A program made the position numbers and the translations under genes. A DNA stretch of 56,239 nt from Candidatus Thorarchaeota archaeon (lineage in GTDB: Archaea; Asgardarchaeota; Thorarchaeia; Thorarchaeales; Thorarchaeaceae): contig JAUWOA010000003.1 of NCBI GenBank assembly GCA_030612365.1, positions 1 to 56,239 of the forward strand, in the 5' to 3' direction. The notes beneath the pieces were generated by a model, which was not told where the DNA came from, ran no database searches, and saw only the letters and a program-made list of their open reading frames with translations. Below, piece by piece: positions 55,268 to 56,239 of the stretch. The number at the start of each line of letters is the position of its first letter. The stretch's first letter is position 1.

Positions 55268-55504
55268 TTATTGATTGGGCGTCTGATTCGGCGTCGGAAC
55301 CTCAATGACACCATCCATCTTCTCAAGCATTGCCACTAAAGGCAGAGCGTTGGATTGCTTTCGATGGCCCCAAAGCTCATCCATCAGAAGGTCACGGACG
55401 GCGATTCGAATCACTTCGGAACGGTTAGGGTACATTAGCTTCTTGATGAGCTTGTCCATGCCCTCTACGTAGGATTCTGGTAAGCATATCGTTACTACTC
55501 TCAA
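55268..55504 (-). CDS. CopG/NikR-like ribbon-helix-helix regulator
   Basis: RVVTICLPESYVEGMDKLIKKLMYPNRSEVIRIAVRDLL. TTG start at 55504; the upstream part of the 159-aa ORF is spurious. Confidence 0.85.
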   Translation of the reverse strand: MRVVTICLPESYVEGMDKLIKKLMYPNRSEVIRIAVRDLLMDELWGHRKQSNALPLVAMLEKMDGVIEVPTPNQTPNQ

Positions 55505-55770
55505 GCTACTTTGCACCGAATAGCTGTTGGATGCGAATCTAAAGAAGGGGTGTCTGATACGGGTGTGTATTGGGATAATACTAAGTGAGAGTGTAGGACT
55601 GAAGAGCAATCCCGCCAAACTGCTCGCCGCGCTCCAGCACTTCGTGAGCCTCCTTGACGTACCCTTTGTGGCATCCAAAGAAGTAAAAGATAGCGAGCCG
55701 GATTCACAGAATAGCGATTGGCCAGGTGTCGACAAGAGTGGCACCAAATGGTCAGGGATAGGTTAGAACC

Positions 55771-55998
55771 ATGGGAAAAGGCAAAGCCGGGAAGGTCAAG
55801 GCCAGTCATATTCTGGTGGACAAGCACAGCAAGGCTGTCGAGATAATACGCAAGATTGCTGAAGGTGAGGACTTCGCGAAGATGGCACGGGGGCATAGCA
55901 GCTGCCCATCAAGAAAGAAAGGCGGAGATCTCGGATTCTTTGGCAAGGGTCAGATGGTAAGTGAGTTTGAAAAGGCAACCTTCACCCTTAGTGTGGGG
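55771..55998 (+). pseudogene. ppiC: Parvulin (PpiC) peptidyl-prolyl isomerase truncated at its C-terminus
   Basis: [20 protein letters not shown] and [22 protein letters not shown]. The expected final V-K-T-x-F-G-Y-H-I-I strands are absent in all three frames after 55998. Confidence 0.8.
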
Positions 55999-56239
55999 TT
56001 TCAACAGTGGAAGCATTTAATCCCACTCAATACCATACATTGGCAGGCGAACCATCATTAAATTAGCTAATTGGGCATGAAAAAACAGAATTGATTATAA
56101 AACAGCCTATCGTCTATTTCGTTCTGGTAAATTCCCAAGACCCACTGAACAGTAATCAACAGTGGAGCTTTTATACTCAAATGTGGACAAAAAGGTGTCG
56201 CCGCCAGTTAGACGGAGACTCTAAACGCCTGTGGAGAGG
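55997..56239 (+). mobile_element. Non-autonomous, internally deleted IS607-family element (tnpA 5' remnant joined to tnpB 3' remnant), running off the window
   Basis: 56057-56152 reads IKLANWA*KNRIDYKTAYRLFRSGKFPRPTEQ (IS607 TnpA MerR-like HTH). 56197-56238 reads VAAS*TETLNACGE (typical TnpB tail). The junction with ppiC lies at a GG run. Confidence 0.75.

Noticed and set aside
55505-55747. N-terminal 81 aa of the 159-aa ORF 55268..55747
   Set aside because: No family signal; the RHH domain begins at TTG 55504.
55999-56061. Simple frameshift in ppiC
   Set aside because: None of the three frames after 55998 gives the parvulin FGYHII-type ending; the sequence reads as IS607 instead.
55997-56239. 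IStron (group I intron-IS607 chimera) that could splice out and restore ppiC
   Set aside because: Only about 60 nt separate the insertion point from the tnpA remnant, too short for a group I intron core.
56057-56239. Selenocysteine read-through of the TGA at 56078
   Set aside because: TAA and TAG stops and a lost start codon in the same remnant indicate decay, not recoding.
1-56239. CRISPR array or cas genes
   Set aside because: No regularly spaced 25-40 nt direct repeats and no Cas motifs were seen.

Overview
Gene-dense archaeal chromosomal window. The ESCRT-II/III/Vps4 genes, longin and mu-homology proteins, PolB1, archaeosine enzymes and archaeal-type tRNAs point to an Asgard archaeon; the roughly balanced GC content suggests Thorarchaeia (inference). 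Most genes are housekeeping: nfo, trm11, tfb, argS, tldD/E, aspS, polB1, nurA-herA-mre11-rad50, arcS-raSEA, a DUF1998 helicase, two thioredoxins, two tRNA-Arg and tpiA. The main candidate for a new system is the ESCRT locus at 9.1-14.2 kb, where ESCRT-I/II modules look re-assorted. One protein joins B-box/Zn fingers, a GLUE/GRAM-like PH domain and a Vps23/TSG101 steadiness box with no UEV. Another fuses a Vps28 N-terminal head to Vps22 winged helices. Vps25, Vps4 and one Vps2/24/46-type ESCRT-III lie between them. Other highlights: a cytoplasmic adaptor mu-homology-domain protein next to a degenerate MBL-fold gene; a signal-less IFT52/GIFT-domain protein; several apparent pseudoenzymes; twin tRNA-Arg isoacceptors; and an internally deleted IS607 (tnpA 5' end joined to tnpB 3' end) that truncates a parvulin gene at the window end. 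All homology calls are by-eye motif comparisons with recalled reference sequences. No searches were run.
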